Under the pieces are notes generated by a model. That model worked only from the letters and a program-made list of their open reading frames with translations. It searched no databases and was not told the DNA's origin. This document shows, one piece after another, positions 48,171 through 62,639 of a stretch of 64,000 bases of DNA (position 1 is its first letter; each line of letters opens with the position of its first letter). This stretch comes from Lama guanicoe (lineage: Eukaryota). The DNA is taken from contig MU057349.1 of NCBI GenBank assembly GCA_013239625.1, positions 7,838,904 to 7,902,903 of the forward strand. Direction: 5' to 3'. The translations under genes were made by a program, and so were the position numbers.

Positions 48171-51100
48171 TTAGAGTGTTGATCTAAAGGATAAAAAGGC
48201 AGTCATTTCACTTTAACTCTTCAGAAAAATGCTGTCTGTTTTACGTGCCTCCTCTGGACAAGGTGCACTAGCAGAGACGGAGATCCTTGGCCAGTATGTA
48301 GGCTCTGAAAAGCGAAAAACGATGCAGCGCCCTCCTGGGGGACTAAAATTGAAAAAGCTATAACAAAGTGTAGTTGATAACCCATATTTATTTAAGATTA
48401 TGTTAATCGCCCTCTAACCTAAAATCTGCCTCGGATGACTTCTTCCGGCACTGGGTCCAGTTTTTACTCACCTGCTATTTATACCGCAGATGTTAATCAC
48501 CAAGCCAGGTGCGCTGCTCTTCCCCGAGCTACGCTACTTCCTGCAGAGAGCTCCCAGCGCCTTTCCCTTGACTCTAAAACAACTTTGTATGATAATATTA
48601 AAACTGCCCCAGTTATTCCTCATTCATTCGGTCGACTTTTGCAAGTAACCTGTCTTCAGCCCTTTCTGAGCATTTGGAGTATGTGTAGATGATAGATAAG
48701 TGGATAGATATGTTGAACACTGTCCAAACATTTTACCCTGTTTTTCACCAGCCGTTACCTTAATTCCTTTTGGATAATAACTCTGTTCATTGATTTTTCT
48801 ACAATGATTTGACAAACAAAAGGCATTAGTTGCAACCATGTAAAATGTCATAGAACAAAATCACAGTTCTGTTAAAATTATATATTTGTATCTTATAAAA
48901 AGGTAAAATGGTTCTCCTAATTTCTCATCAGTCCTCCTTCCTTTGAGGTAGATGGATGGCTATCAGAATAAATAAGTTATAAACATTTAAAAATAATCAT
49001 GTCAGAAAGGTAGCCATTTTCAAGGCTAAAATTGAAAGTTGTGGGTAAAAACTAGACAAAGCAGTCAGTTTCAGACTCACCAGTTGCTTCTCCGTGTGAT
49101 GTTGGGTCTTTGCCCAGAGAAGCCGAAGGGAACGCTTCAGTCTCTATAATGCAGAGTACACTTGCTTTCCGTTTTCTGAAGGACTTAATGTCTCTCTAAA
49201 ACCCTTTTCAAAAATTGCTTTCAACTTTCCAGTTTTTAAAAAGGATACACAAGTCTGCGTCAACTGACGGGAAGTATTCACGTTTCTGGACTGAGAAGGT
49301 GATCATGTGTGTGAAATACATCTTAGTTATGTTTTTAAAATGCATAGATAGCTTTAGGATTTTTTCCTCAGTATCCCATCTACAGAGATGAATGGATAAA
49401 TTAAAATAAGCAAGTTTTCATTCTTGCTTTCAGATCAACTTGGAGAAAAAGTTAATAACTGAAGATTTTTTAAATGGAAACTGTGAGCAATGATAAGAAG
49501 TCCAGATGATGATATAAGGACATGTGGATATAAAGTGTTAAGACTGAGAAGTGTTCATAAATTCTGACTGAGATATCCGTAAATAAGTAGACTTATTTAC
49601 TTAGAAAATTAAGTAGACTTAATCGAGAGTTCTCTAAAGGATGGAAAGTGGAGAGTCCCGCGAATTATTAAGATTATTTTTATCACAGGCTTTCTTTCCC
49701 TGAATGTGGGAAGAGCGCTCCCCATCCCGTTACTCTTCCTCACCCATGGTGTGCAGACAGAGATACCTATGTGCTCATGCACACATACATATACAGTTAC
49801 AAAAGGTCTTTTTCCAAATACTCTCCCCCACCCAACAAATCTACATGAAACTCCCTCCCGTCTCTCTGATGCACCTGCATTCTGATATTCTGGCTGAAAA
49901 AGAGAGAGTGGAAACTTTTGGAAGCTATCAAACTCCTCTTAAATCACCCAGGTAAATGAGTTACACATGGCTTTTAGTGTTCACGGGAACTCCCAAATAA
50001 TATGGTGAGGAATAAATGCAGTCCACAGTAACGCATACAAACCTACCAACAGCCCATAGTTTATTACGGCGTTGTGAATCTTGTTGTTGGGGAAATATTT
50101 TGTGCACCATAAAGTACTATACAACTTTTAGTTATTATTGGTTCCCATGCATTTTATCTATCAATTCATTCTTAATTCCCAATAACCCAAACCTAATAAA
50201 TCTTCATGACTTTCTAATTGTGAATAAGAAGGTTAATGATATGCTTTTATTTTACAGGTGTTATGTAGATCAGAGAAACAAAAGCCATGAAAATCTAAGG
50301 TCTTCAATATGAATAATAATGTTGATAACATTTTTCATTTATTAAGCAGTAGACAATACTCATTTCTTTTCACAACATCTAGCTTAATCATTACAATGGC
50401 AGAAGCTGAGACTTGGAGAAGCTAAGTAAATGTTCAAGATCTAACAATCAATGAAAGGTAGATAGACTCCATTTTTAACTGTGATTCAAATCCGAGTCCA
50501 AAGCTAACAGCATAGCCATTATGACTGATGGACTAACTCCATCAGTATTGCTTACAGTTTATGACAGCAGGTGGACACGATGCCACTCTGTGAGGTATTA
50601 TTATTCCAATTCTATACGTATTGAAAATGAGACTCAAAAAGGTGATAAGTGAATTTTCTAAATTTATATGGCAAATTACAATATTCTTCCCACCTTTTAT
50701 TTTTTGATTCTTTATTTCATAATTATTTCATTATTACTATTTTTATTTATTCATTCCACAAATATTTATTGAGCTTTGTGCCAGGCATTCTGTAAAAACT
50801 GCAGGTACAAGCTTCAGCAAGATGGTCTTGGTGCTTGCTCTCCAAGTGCTTGCGCACAGTCTCCTGGACAGGTGATTCGGCAGGGAAAGCCGGAGGACAT
50901 GCCAGGGTACCAAGAGGACCAGGGGTGCCCCACCACATCAAAAATTCCCAGTACATCGTATGGCGAGCAACAGTCAGCAAGCCCTATTTGTGACCCAATG
51001 GGCAAGAGCGATGATTTTTGCTGCCTCAGGCTGCCCATCACTGTGCAATTATCCAACTGCCAGAAAGCTGGGCATACTGCCAGGAACCACCCAGAAAATG

Positions 51101-51411
51101 CAGGAGCCATTTCCTGGCGTCCGAGACTAATTGTTCCAGGGCATCTGGTCATAAATTCAGTAAACATTCATTGAGTATGTACAATATGCTAGGCACCAGG
51201 GATGTAAAGTCACGTAACACACTGTGGGGATATTGATATGCAAGCAGGTGACAGGAATGCAACACGGATGTGTGCTCAGGACATCACTGGATTCGCCCAG
51301 CTCCTCACCTCGTCCCACAAGGAAGCCATCTAGATTAAGTGATGATAATAAAACACCGACCACTGTGAACACTGCACAGTTCGAGGAAATCAAATTAAGA
51401 ACCTTATAACC

Positions 51412-51538
51412 AGAATGACCATATATCTTAATTTGCCCAGGTCAGTTCCCAAATTACATCTTGTGTTGGCTTAATTAAATCACCCCCTTTTACTCTGAAA
51501 AGCGATCTCATTTGTTTGATAAATTACATGGTCACCTA
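51412..51538. mobile_element. MER94-like (hAT-Blackjack) MITE
   Basis: Inverted ends ..TGACCATATA../..ATGGTCACCTA with internal CCCCCTTTTACTCTGAAAAG. Confidence 0.6.
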
Positions 51539-54500
51539 ATTCATGTCTAACGGAGGTTAATAGTTGCTTCGCTTTCATGTACAGGTAATGGCTTAATTTT
51601 CATTTCTGGAACACTGACTATGTGCAAGTGTGATGCTAGGTGCTGTTGCCACCTCGCCCTCCACAAGAATTAGATGCAATGGTACTATCCCTGCTCTTCA
51701 GGTGAGGAGACTGAAATTTTAGATAGTTTGGTCACTTGCCGAAGCATCACAGAAATAGTAAATGGTGAGGGGGGGATTCAAACACAAGTGTGTCGGTCTC
51801 CTTTTAGCAGCAGATGGGTTGTTTGACAACAATATTAAGGACTAAAGAAGAAGATTCTCCTCAGAGAAGCTGAGGATAACGTACTACTTGTACAAGTGGG
51901 AGACCATCAGGACCTGGCCCATAAGCGTAGGGACAGGATGGTCACCACTGTGGTCTCCCCTATGAAAGGCCTGTGTTCTCAGCCACCCTCACCCTCCCCT
52001 TGTTTACCCGCAGTGCTCACTGACCACTTCTTCAGCTCTGCCACCCTGATTCTGACCGCAGCACACGCCTGGCCATGTGCGGAGACGCCAGCAGGCAGAA
52101 GGGACGTGTCCTGACCGCGCAGACTCTTTGTTGGCCTGCGTCCTTCAGAGACAGTCTTTGTGTCTTTGCAAGTTTCCTTTCTACCTCCTTCCATATGGAG
52201 CCTTCATATAGTGCCTAAGGGATACGAGAAGAGAGATTTTTTTTTTTTTTACCAGTGAAATGGAACTTTTATGATCTGTGAAAGATACATTTCTTTTGTT
52301 AGTTCCTTTATTTACCTCTGTAGTGCAATAAACTGAAGCAGGAAATTATATGCTCAGATTAGGAAACACTGTGGAATGTGTAGTTAGAGAGTTTTGTGGA
52401 AATTTGCCCCAGTTGCTCAGGCTTTATTCCCATCTTTAATAAAAGTTGCGTAATTGGCTTATCTGATAATAAAAGAAATTTATCATAATTGTGGGAAATT
52501 GAGACAACAGAGAAAAGTACAAAAAGAAAGTGAAAATAGTCTGTAATTTTACCACTGACAGACAACTACTAGTAGTGTGTTAATTTACATCTTTCTAGGT
52601 ATTTTCCATGCTAACTCATGTGCATACAGAATGTGCAATTTTGATAAAAGTGTGGCTTGCTGTATAGCTTCTTTTGTAAGGTATTTCTCCTTAACATATT
52701 TTAAGTATTTGTGTTATAAATGTAGATCTATGAAAATGTTCATTGCAGTATAATAGTCTGACCAGTGGCTCTACCCTAGTTATTTAACCGTTCCCGAACA
52801 GCAAAATAGTTAGAGTTGGTTGTTGGTGTTTTTTTCTATTTCTTTTGCTATTATACAAAATGCTACAACAAAGATAATTACAAATACATCTCTTTGTAGT
52901 TGTCCATCCAGTGGTTTCTTTTAAATGTACTAAAAATGGACCCTTTTCTCTCTTGATTCACATTGTCAGGCTTTATCCAGAGAGATGAGCGATACACACT
53001 CTCATCATCACTGTCACTGTAAGAATGCCCGTTTTCTCCACCGCCCATTCAGTGCTAATGATCATCCACTCTTTTAAACCTTGCTGCTCTAACAGGAATT
53101 TTAAAATGTACCATTACTAACAACTAACTTGAGTTAACTGCGTAGTTAAATAGTAATTAAAGCAAATGGAATTACTTAAAAGTTGATTAAATGTTTATTC
53201 GCTGGTAAGCTTAAGTATACGCTTAACAGGTATTTGAATATCTGCAGTTCTTTTCTGAGAGTGGCCTGTTTGTGCCCTTTGCTCATTTTGTCTCTAAGGA
53301 GTTTGGGGTTTTTTTATTATGCGTTAGTAAGAATTCTTCACACATTAATGATATAAATTTTTTTACCAGTTGTTCATGTTCCGCATATTTTCCCCAGGGG
53401 GTCATCTGTCTTGTTGGTTGCGAATTTTTTAAATTAACGGTGCATTTATATTCGGTATGGTATGTGCGTATATGTTTATATATGTATACACACACGGAGA
53501 CTAGATACGGACAAGGGTACAGCCCTGGACAGACAGACACAGATACAGCTTAACATTCTACATCATTTCTCATTTCTACACCCATGAGTAATTATCTAAC
53601 CCTCAGACTTCTATGTGGAACTCCCTGTGGACTCCTAGTATGGAATTTGGCAACTTCTATAATGTATTCTAGATATCCACAGTAAACTTTTATCTCTTTC
53701 CTGAACTTTTAAATCCTCCAAAGCATTCAGCAGAGGCCCTGGCAGGCATGAAACAGATGAGTGGAGGAAAACTTTGCATCTCACCCTCTCATCTTAGACA
53801 AGAAGAATGTGTCCTATGAGGGTAAGTCCCAGACCTGCCCAAGGTCACATAGCAGAGACAGTGTTCCTGACACTTGACCCAGTACTCTGTCCACCACCCT
53901 CCCTTGTTTCACGTAATCAAATGCATCACACAAGCCATCAGAGAGAGCAAAACACTACACCACCTACAGGGCTCCCACCTTCAAAAGGAGGCTCTCAGAA
54001 GGCCGGCTCCGGAGGACTAAGGCGCTGTGTTTTGTTGATGCTGTTTTATTTGGTTACTTCGGGCCCTCTGACATCAGGAGCAAGTCATATCTCAGGAATG
54101 GTACAGGTCTATTTGCTTTGGTGTAGAGTCTCTTTCTGGAAGCAGCTAGATCCCGGTTTGTGATTATGACCACTAGATGGAGTCCAGTTATTAGTCTGAA
54201 GAGACAACATTGCATGTAAAGTTCATCCCAGCTTCCCTGGTTAACCAGAATGTGACCCACCGCCCTGCAGAAGGCTCTTAGACGGCACTTGCTTCCAGAG
54301 GGGACACTTCTAGATAAGCCTGGAGATCAAAGGGTTTTGTTTTTCTCTTCCTTGTGAATGAATTAGCCTTTGTGACGCTCTTCAGCACAATTCAAGGTTG
54401 CATTTAGATGCCCATAGACTCCCATGTCCTCTCCCTCGCCAGTTCTCACCTTTATTTTTGTTGCTTTTAAAGAGAAAGAGTATTCTGTGGCTCCCTCAGT

Positions 54501-55629
54501 CAGATATCCATCCTCAATCAGATATTTCTGCCCCCAAAGCTTTCTGAGCTATTAGATTTACCTGGTGAGAGAATATGGCTGCACTGAAATAAGACAAAAC
54601 ATCAAGAAAGAGTTCCACCTAATTTATTCTAAAGGATTATTGCTGAATGGATCTAGAGTGGAATTCCTCCTGACTACATGTTCAATTAAAACTCTTTCAG
54701 GAAACAATATTCAGGATTGCCTTGCATCACATTATTGTTCAGTCAGTTTTCACAGAGGACGTGACAAATTTTGCAATTGCCATCCTTTGGTATGCTAGAA
54801 TACTTTCAAACTTGCACAGGTTTTAACAGTTGCCTGCACCCTGCTGACCTATCAAATATAAACACAAATGGGATGTGGCTGAAAGTAAGGCAAACAGAAC
54901 CCAGAATGGCAGTTCTAATCCTGAGCACTCCTGCTTTTTAAAATTCAAGGTCATTCTGCTTCACTTGGACAAAAACAGATTGCCCCAATTTCCCCAGGAG
55001 GTTTCCCATCAGTCAAGTTACTTAATCTTCATTTCGAAATAAAGAAAATATCACCTTATAGGTTGATACTAATATGTTTAATACTGGCCCCCTCTAAAAG
55101 GCTCAAGTTTGTAACAAATATGACAGAGCCCCTTGCATCAGCCTTTGCATTACGTAGCTTAAGAATGATTGAGACATTTAAGAGTCTTGGGAAAATAATC
55201 AACCATTTAACCAGATAGTACTAGAGCACCATAAATGTGACTTAGAGGAAGCTTTCAGGTTAAAACAAAACCTCCCTGGTATATCTTTGATACTTCAAAA
55301 CTGTATATATATATTATCACCTACCCCTGTAGGTTTTCTTTTAATGTATCCAGTTGAGGTAGAAAACGTATCTATTTTCTAAAATCTCTGTTTGCTCTCC
55401 TCCTACTTCCCTGATAAACACTAAAATTCACCAGCAAAAATGTTTGAGGATGAATGGGGTCTTGCAGCTTGATATGAAAGCCAGAATGTTGGATAATGTT
55501 GATGGTCTACAAAACTTTAAAGATGACAGCCCCTGAATTTGCTGTAAATGCTGGAATTTCTGGGTAATGTATGGACATCTCATTACATTCATAAAGATAG
55601 AACTTTGCATATTTGTGCATAACCTTGTC

Positions 55630-55671
55630 TAATGTGCTAATTTGAGCATTTAATGTACTAATTTGAGCATT
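55630..55671. repeat. 21-bp tandem duplication
   Basis: TAATGTGCTAATTTGAGCATT / TAATGTACTAATTTGAGCATT. Confidence 0.9.
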
Positions 55672-56006
55672 TTAGGGTCTGTGTTAGGTTATAGCTTTGA
55701 TCTCTAAAAGAAAAAAAAGCCATCAAATACTAAAAAGGAAATATTTGTGAAATCAACAGATTCAAGCCATGCTTTAAATTCTGAAGTTTTTATGTAAGGA
55801 AATAGAGTCTGTTCATTTCGAAGTATTTAAAGTTAAGGGACAACGAACAAATTCAAATATAATTGAATATATGGATATCATAGTGGTAAAAGAGCATATG
55901 GAAAATATATATTGGATTAGGGAATCAGAAGATTGAAGCACTAATAAAGTTTTGCTAAAAACAGTGAAGTTACTTAACTCTTCTGGGTTCAATCACCTCA
56001 TCCATA

Positions 56007-56700
56007 ATTCATTCATTCATTCATCCAATATGTTTTTGTTGAATGCTTACGTATGCCAAGCGCTCTTCTAGACACAGGACAGAGCCCTCTGTCTTCATCA
56101 AGTTTATATTCCACTGAAAGAAGACAGACAATTAGCAAAAGCCATAGATAAATACATAAATCGTGTATTATATTAGAGAATGGTAAATGTTGTGTAATAA
56201 AGTAACAAGGGAGAGAGGGATAAAGTGTACTGGAAATGCTAAGTAGGGGCATCAAGAGAAAACACACTGGAATGTGAGCTTTAGGTCAAAATCTAAAGGT
56301 AACTGTGTGGGGGAAAGGCATTCCTGGGAGAGGGAGGAGCCAGTGCAAAGTCCACAAGGCGGGAGTGTAACTGCCATGCTTGAGAAGAGCAAAGAGGCTG
56401 ATATGGTGGAGTGGAGTGAGCGAGAGAAAACAGTGAGACAGGAAGTCAGGGAGAGAACAGAGATAAGTGGAGTGAATTCCACTACAGGGAGTGAGTAATT
56501 ATGACTCTTCCTCTGAATGACATGAGAAGTCATCATAGGGTTTTGGAGAGAGAAGTGATACTGTCTGGCTTATATTTGACCAGATCACTTGGACTGCTAT
56601 ACTGGGAACAGGTGGAATGAGGGCAGAAGTAGAAGCTGTGAGGCCAGCAAGACAACTGTCTCAATAATCTAGGGAAAAGGTAGTGGTGCCTTGAAGCAGG
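56007..56700 (-). mobile_element. L2 3' region
   Basis: (ATTC)n tail then ...TTGAATGCTTACGTATGCCAAGCGCT..., purine-rich body, ...CAGATCACTTGGACTGCT. Confidence 0.7.
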
Positions 56701-58235
56701 GGCAGCGGTCCGGATGCTATGCTATCTGCATCTCAAATCAGATGTAGTAATTCAGATGAAGATGACTTGGAAGTTGTAAATTTATTCACAAGTATAAGAT
56801 AGTAATAATGTTCTTGTTTTAAAGTTTTTGACTATTATTTCGTGTAGACTATTCCAGATCAACTTTAGAAATGCTTTGTCAGGTTCATTAAAAAAAATAT
56901 ATATATATATATAGCTTCTTTTACAAAGAGATTTTTCTAAACTGGATCCTGAATTGTATCTTTTTAAAATGATCTATCAATATGATTATATACATTTCCA
57001 TTAATCCATTTATCTTACACATTCCATTAATACATTTTCAAGTTGTTAAGAGTTAAACTTTACCTGGTTGCAGTGAATGAATCTTGTGACATAGTTTTGG
57101 ATTTGATTTGCTAATATCTTATTTAAGATTTTGCATCTATTTTTATAAATAAGATTGGTGTCCCTTTTTTTTTTCATTATATTACTAGAGTTGGATATCG
57201 TGGTTTTACTAACTAAGAAAATGAATTTGGAAGTATCAAAGGAATGGTCTGAACCCGAGTAGATTATCTGGGCTGGTTGCCTCGTGGGAGTAGGAGTCAC
57301 CATTTCATTTTGATCAATTCAGACATTCCATCTCCACATGAGTTGATTCTTAGTGACTTACAAGCTCTTGAAAATTATCCTTCTTGTCTACATTTGTAAT
57401 TATTTTCTCATTTAAATTAATCCACATCTGTAGTTACTCTTTCTCTTATCCCTAGCATTATTTATTTATGTTTTCTCTTTCTCTATGTGTTGATCTTACC
57501 TATTTTTCCTATTATAATTACCTTTTAAAAAAATCAGCTTTTGTCTGTTATAAAGATCTAAGTTTTTTTTTTCATTAAATGATGCTTCAATCAACAAAAT
57601 ATTTTCTTCTCCTTTCCTTGGATTTATTTATTTATTTATTTTTCTAGCCTTTTGTGGTGTTTACTTATTTTCAATTTTTACAGTGTTTTACAAAGTTCAC
57701 TTAAGAATAACCGTTTTCCTTGAGTACTGTTTTACGGTATCCCACAGGTTTTTGAAATGTATTGCTCATGTTCTTATTAATTTCTGCCTTGAAATTTTAT
57801 ATTTTAAAGTCATCATTAAAGCTAAGTCATTTTGGAGAAAAAAAAAGTAATGTCCTACTGAGTAGTTATCTGGGGGTTATCCTCTTATTGGCTCTAGTTT
57901 TATTGTATTGCACGCTGGGTTGTTTTTTCCAACCTACTTTTGAACACAATAAGTATATCTCTGGTAAATCTAAAGATCTTTTATCCAAAATTTAATATAA
58001 CATACAACAACTTTAATTTGGATGAAGTGCATTTAAGCAAAATAAATATAGACAAATTTTCTGCCATTAAATTTATATTTTGGAAAAAAACACTCTAACA
58101 GAAGTACAAATGGTAACTGACAAGAGAGCTAGGTTAGAAGTGAGGAGAACAATCCCCAAGAGTTGAAATAATCCCAGCAAGAGATGGTGTCAGCCCATGC
58201 AGAGGTGAGAGGTGAGAGGTGAGAGGGGGTTCAGT

Positions 58236-58337
58236 TCTTTTGTTTGTTTTTTGTTAGTGGAGGGACTGGGGATTGAACCCAGGACCTCCTGCAGGCTAAG
58301 CATGCCTCTACCATTGAGCTCTAATACCCCCATCCTT
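58236..58337 (-). mobile_element. tRNA-derived SINE (camelid Vic-1-like)
   Basis: Reverse complement ...AGCTCAATGGTAGAGGCATGCTTAGCCTGCAGGAGGTCCTGGGTTCAATCCCCAGT + A-rich tail; homologous to the copy at 4455. Confidence 0.85.
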
Positions 58338-58451
58338 GAGGAGTTAAGTTTTGAACTGAGTTTGTAGTAACTAGAAAATTTAGGTGGGTATGATCAGAGT
58401 GGCCTGGAGCTCAGTGGTAAGGTCTGGTCTAGGGGCAAGAGCTTGGAGTCA

Positions 58452-58713
58452 CAGGGATAAATTAGAGGTTGGAGATTAACAAACACGCATTACTATATAT
58501 GAAATAGATAAATGACAAGGATCTACCATATAGTGCAGGGAACTATATTCAATTTCTTGTAATAACCTATAATGGAAAAGAATCTGAAAAGAAAAAATCT
58601 ATTTGTTTGTACGTATCTGTATAACTGAATCACTTTGCTGTACTCCTGAAGCTAACATTATAAATCAACTACACGTCAATTAAAATCTTTAAAAATAAAT
58701 AAATAAAAATAAA
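58452..58713 (+). mobile_element. L1 3' end fragment
   Basis: GGGATAAATTAGAGGTTGGAGATTAAC...AGGGAACTATATTCAAT...AACTGAATCACTTTGCTGTAC...AATAAA + A-rich tail; sense-strand homologue of the other L1 tails. Confidence 0.85.
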
Positions 58714-59899
58714 GCAGGAGGTGGAGCCATTTGTAAGGAGGAGTGGGCCAAAGGAATTTAGAAAAGTGGTGAAGGTTTGATTTGCTATAGAGCAGTCGTG
58801 AAGAATGGAGCGGGAATACCAGAGTCCTGAATAGAAGATTAAGTCCAAAGTACTGAATTTATAGTTGTATCTTTATATAGGCTAGTTGGCCTGGATAACC
58901 ACAGAGGCCAAGTCTGACAGCTTGTTGACCCTCTCCCTGGAGAAGTGGGAAAAGAAGCAGGATTTAGGGGAGGAAAGTTGAGGAACTGTGTTTTGCACTT
59001 GTTGCTCTGGACAGCATTGGGGTCAGTGGATTGGGTCTATTCCATGGAAGCGAGGTGCTGTAGACTCCTGCGAAAGGAAGACGTGATGTATCTAGGAAGT
59101 GAGGTCGATTACTAGAGCAGCTGAATGCAACAACTGCGATCCCAGTTCTGCTTCATTCCAATGCAAACGAAAAAGGAAGCTGAAACTGCACTTAGCATGA
59201 AGAGAGAAAAAAAGCTAAGTTTAAAACACTCCACTTTCTAAAACGATTACAACATTATTTGTCTATAATATGCATCTTTTCTTTTTTTTTTTTGACTGAC
59301 ACCCTGGTACTGTGTATGATTGAGAATATTTTTTACCACAACTGTTACATCTGATTTAAGTTAGCACATGAAAGGCAAGCTTTTTCATTTTAACTAGTTT
59401 TGCACCTAGAAAATATACCACACAACACACTGGATTTAAAACCTTTTTTCACCCAGTAAATGGTCATAGTAATGGGAGTGACGTTAACCCTTCTGACCTT
59501 CAGCTATGAATGTAATGCACACAGAAGTTCCTTTAAAAATGTTGGTTGAATAAAATTTTGAAGCGTGTTAGTGTATTTTCCCTCTAGGGTAACGTTTCCT
59601 CATCTATTAAATAGTAGAAACAATAACTTCATAAAGTTGAGGCATAAAGTTCAGACAAGATAACATTTATGAAATACTTAGCACACTGCCTGTCACATAA
59701 GTTTTTAAGATGTTTGTCCCTTTCCTTTTTTTTTTTAACTTGAACAATGAAATCACCCATATTTGGCAACCTTAGTTGAAAAATAACTGAGACCACAGTT
59801 TGCAAACTGTTCTTAGAAGAAAGAATATTTTTTAAAAGTATAAATATGTGCATATACTTACATATATATTTATACGCATGCATATACCTGTGTGCATAT

Positions 59900-60600
59900 A
59901 TTTACTCACCTAGAACCTTGAACACCCCAAGAATCATTCTTGTTGCTTCTTCTCTTTATCTCATTCTTCACGTCCATTCCTGTCACTCATCACCTCTTTC
60001 CAAAACACAGCTCCAACTTGCCCATCACTCTTTGTACATGACCCATTTGACAATCCAGTCTGAGCCAGTTCCCACTGGTTTTCTCCTGAATTAGATAATT
60101 CGACTGCCTGCTTTTTGGTCCACCTGCTTCCTTTATTCCCCAATCTATGCTCCTTCATAGCATGGCCACCAGAGTGATCTTTTGAAAACATAAATCAGAT
60201 CAAGTCACTCTCCTGCTCTAATGGAAAAAGATAAAATAAAATGTCCTCATGTTTCATTTAAGATCAAAACCAAACTCTTTCCTGTGGTCTATGAGGTTCT
60301 CATAGTCTGGCCCTGCCTACCTCTCACTAGGCAGCTCTCACTATTCTGGAAACTTAACAAGACTTCTTTCTGTTTCTCGAACTTGCCAAATCCATTAATT
60401 CCCCCACAGCTTCTGCATCTGATTTCTTTGTCTGGAACACTTTTTCCTAGACTGTCTCAAGGTTGTTACCTTTTTGCCATTCAAGTCTCATCTCAAATGT
60501 TACTTACTCTGGAAAGCATTTTCTCACCATTATTCAAAGCCGTTCTCACCTCTCCTCAGCCTCACATTATCCTATTTAATAGAGTTTATCACCATAATGA
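59900..60600 (+). mobile_element. L2 fragment
   Basis: GGCCACCAGAGTGATCTTTTGAAAACATAAATCAGATCAAGTCACTC...AAAACCAAACTCTTT; pyrimidine-rich body. Confidence 0.6.
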
Positions 60601-62639
60601 ATTCTTGTTTATTTATCTCAGCAAACGGGAAGTAATTCTTCTTTTGAATTTTGAATTATTAATGTGATTTTGTTTTTGCCCGCTGAGAATAAATCTTGGT
60701 TCTTTTCTTGAATCATACACCTGCTGATTAGGATTTGTCCCAGTTAGGGTTGCGCTAAGAAAGTCTTCAGTAACACTAAGCTTTTGGAATTCAGAAGCCA
60801 GGCTTTGGTCCTGAGAAAGCTTGATCTAAATTCCTCTATCACCTTTAGCTTATAAAGGATCAGACTTTGTGGAAGAGATCAGAGAATTTTATATATATAA
60901 GGAAAGTCCAGACAGAAGAGAAAACTTGCCCTTTTCTAGCTTCAGGGAACTGTGGAAGGAAAGAGGGAGGAGAGGAAGCCCCTCTTTCCCATGTTTGGGA
61001 CTCATCACAGGCTGCTCTAGAATAAATGGCACTTGGTCCTGTCTCTGTTGTTCATTGTCTGTATTGTTTATTGCTGAACACCAGTGACCGGTACAGAGTA
61101 GTCACCAAAATATTTGTTGAGAGAGTCAATCAATAGAACAGTTGATTGATTTACTAGTTAATTAGTTTGTGCATATGCATTTATTGGAGAGGATGTGGTT
61201 GCCAGGAGCTACTCTACCTGCGGATGAAGGAGGTGGGGGAACTAGGCACAGGAAGTCTGGCAGAAGCAGAACTAAACATTTTTTGAAAACAGCCAACACC
61301 ACTCAGTGAAGTAAATCACCTGCTGCTATCAAGCAGAAGATTTAATTTGCATCTGAGGGAAAATGTCAGAATTGAGAGGGAAGAACAAAGAGAGTCTGCA
61401 AAGGCTTGACACGAAGATTTAAGTAAAGAAGAAGCACTTAACACTGGAGAGGCACGAGAGGGTCCATCATTCATCTGCCTGTAAAGTGATTTGATAGAGT
61501 GAGCTTTGTGGTTGATGTTCCACGGACATTTTTTTCAATAATCTTTCTGGTAATTAGCCTGTTTCTCAATTTCAAGTATATATTTTAAAAATAAATGTTG
61601 TTCTTTATTACAAAATATAAGTTCAATGCAGAAAACTTAGAAGAAAATATCCGTGATCACACCACCTGGAGATGACCCTCAGTTAAGTCTTCATCTGCTA
61701 AACTGGAGTGCATACAAGGGCTGTGACTTCTGCCCTCTGCTGTATCCTCAGCATCTAGAATAGTGCCTGGAACAGAGCTTGATTAATAATGGTTGAATGT
61801 ATCAATTACGACATGCATTAAATATCTTTCTTCACATTCACTATTCATTAGAATAAGAGGATTCCCCTTACTCCTTCTGATCAAGAAAAAAATACGTATT
61901 TTAATATTTTTGTTAGACTTTATTGACTTTACTTTCTTTGGCCTTGACTCATGGAATGAATTTCTAAGCATTTCCAGGCATATCTTAATTTTGTGACTCT
62001 CTGCACTCCATTTACCGTACTTGGTTTCCAGGATTGATGCATTGCCAGGGTTCTTCCTTGATCTCATTGTATTTTCTTCGGCTTTTTATCTTCTCAGTGC
62101 GTGTCTACTTGTTTTTCCCTCACTGATAAAGTTGTAGTGCGTCAGTTTAGCTAAGCCAGAAGCATGTTTCCTGGAGCTCCTTTCTCAGTGTGGTTCTGAG
62201 CTTGGCTTTGTCACAAGACAAATCTGCATAAGACCTGAAAAGCCCAAGCCAGTAGCAACCATGTTTGTACTCTGGAGGTCAGCGCAAGATCAGGCACTGT
62301 TGCAGCTCGTGCACATTTTTGTTGATCTGCTGGCTCACCTTGTGGGGGAAGAGCAACAGCCAAACCTGTGGTCCCTCCAGCTCCAGCCAGATTGCTCCTT
62401 TGGCACTGGCAAATCCCGAGCCAGGTATGCGTGAAAGGTGCCAGCTTATCCTGCAAGCCACTCGTATGGCCAAGGTTGGCAACCATGAAAGACAGACACA
62501 GATTCTAATTTGTCTTCATAGATTCTGGTCTGTCATCACAAATTCCAGTTTTTCCTCAAGGATTCTGGTTTGTCCTCTTGTGTCCAGTTTGTTCTTGTTT
62601 CTTCCACTTCATGTCTGTCTTTCCTTCCCAATCTCATAG

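Noticed and set aside
50776-51174. 132-aa ORF in a moderately GC-rich patch between L2 fragments
   Set aside because: Non-ATG start, no recognisable homology, poly(A) tail, TSD or splice signals; cannot be supported without a search.
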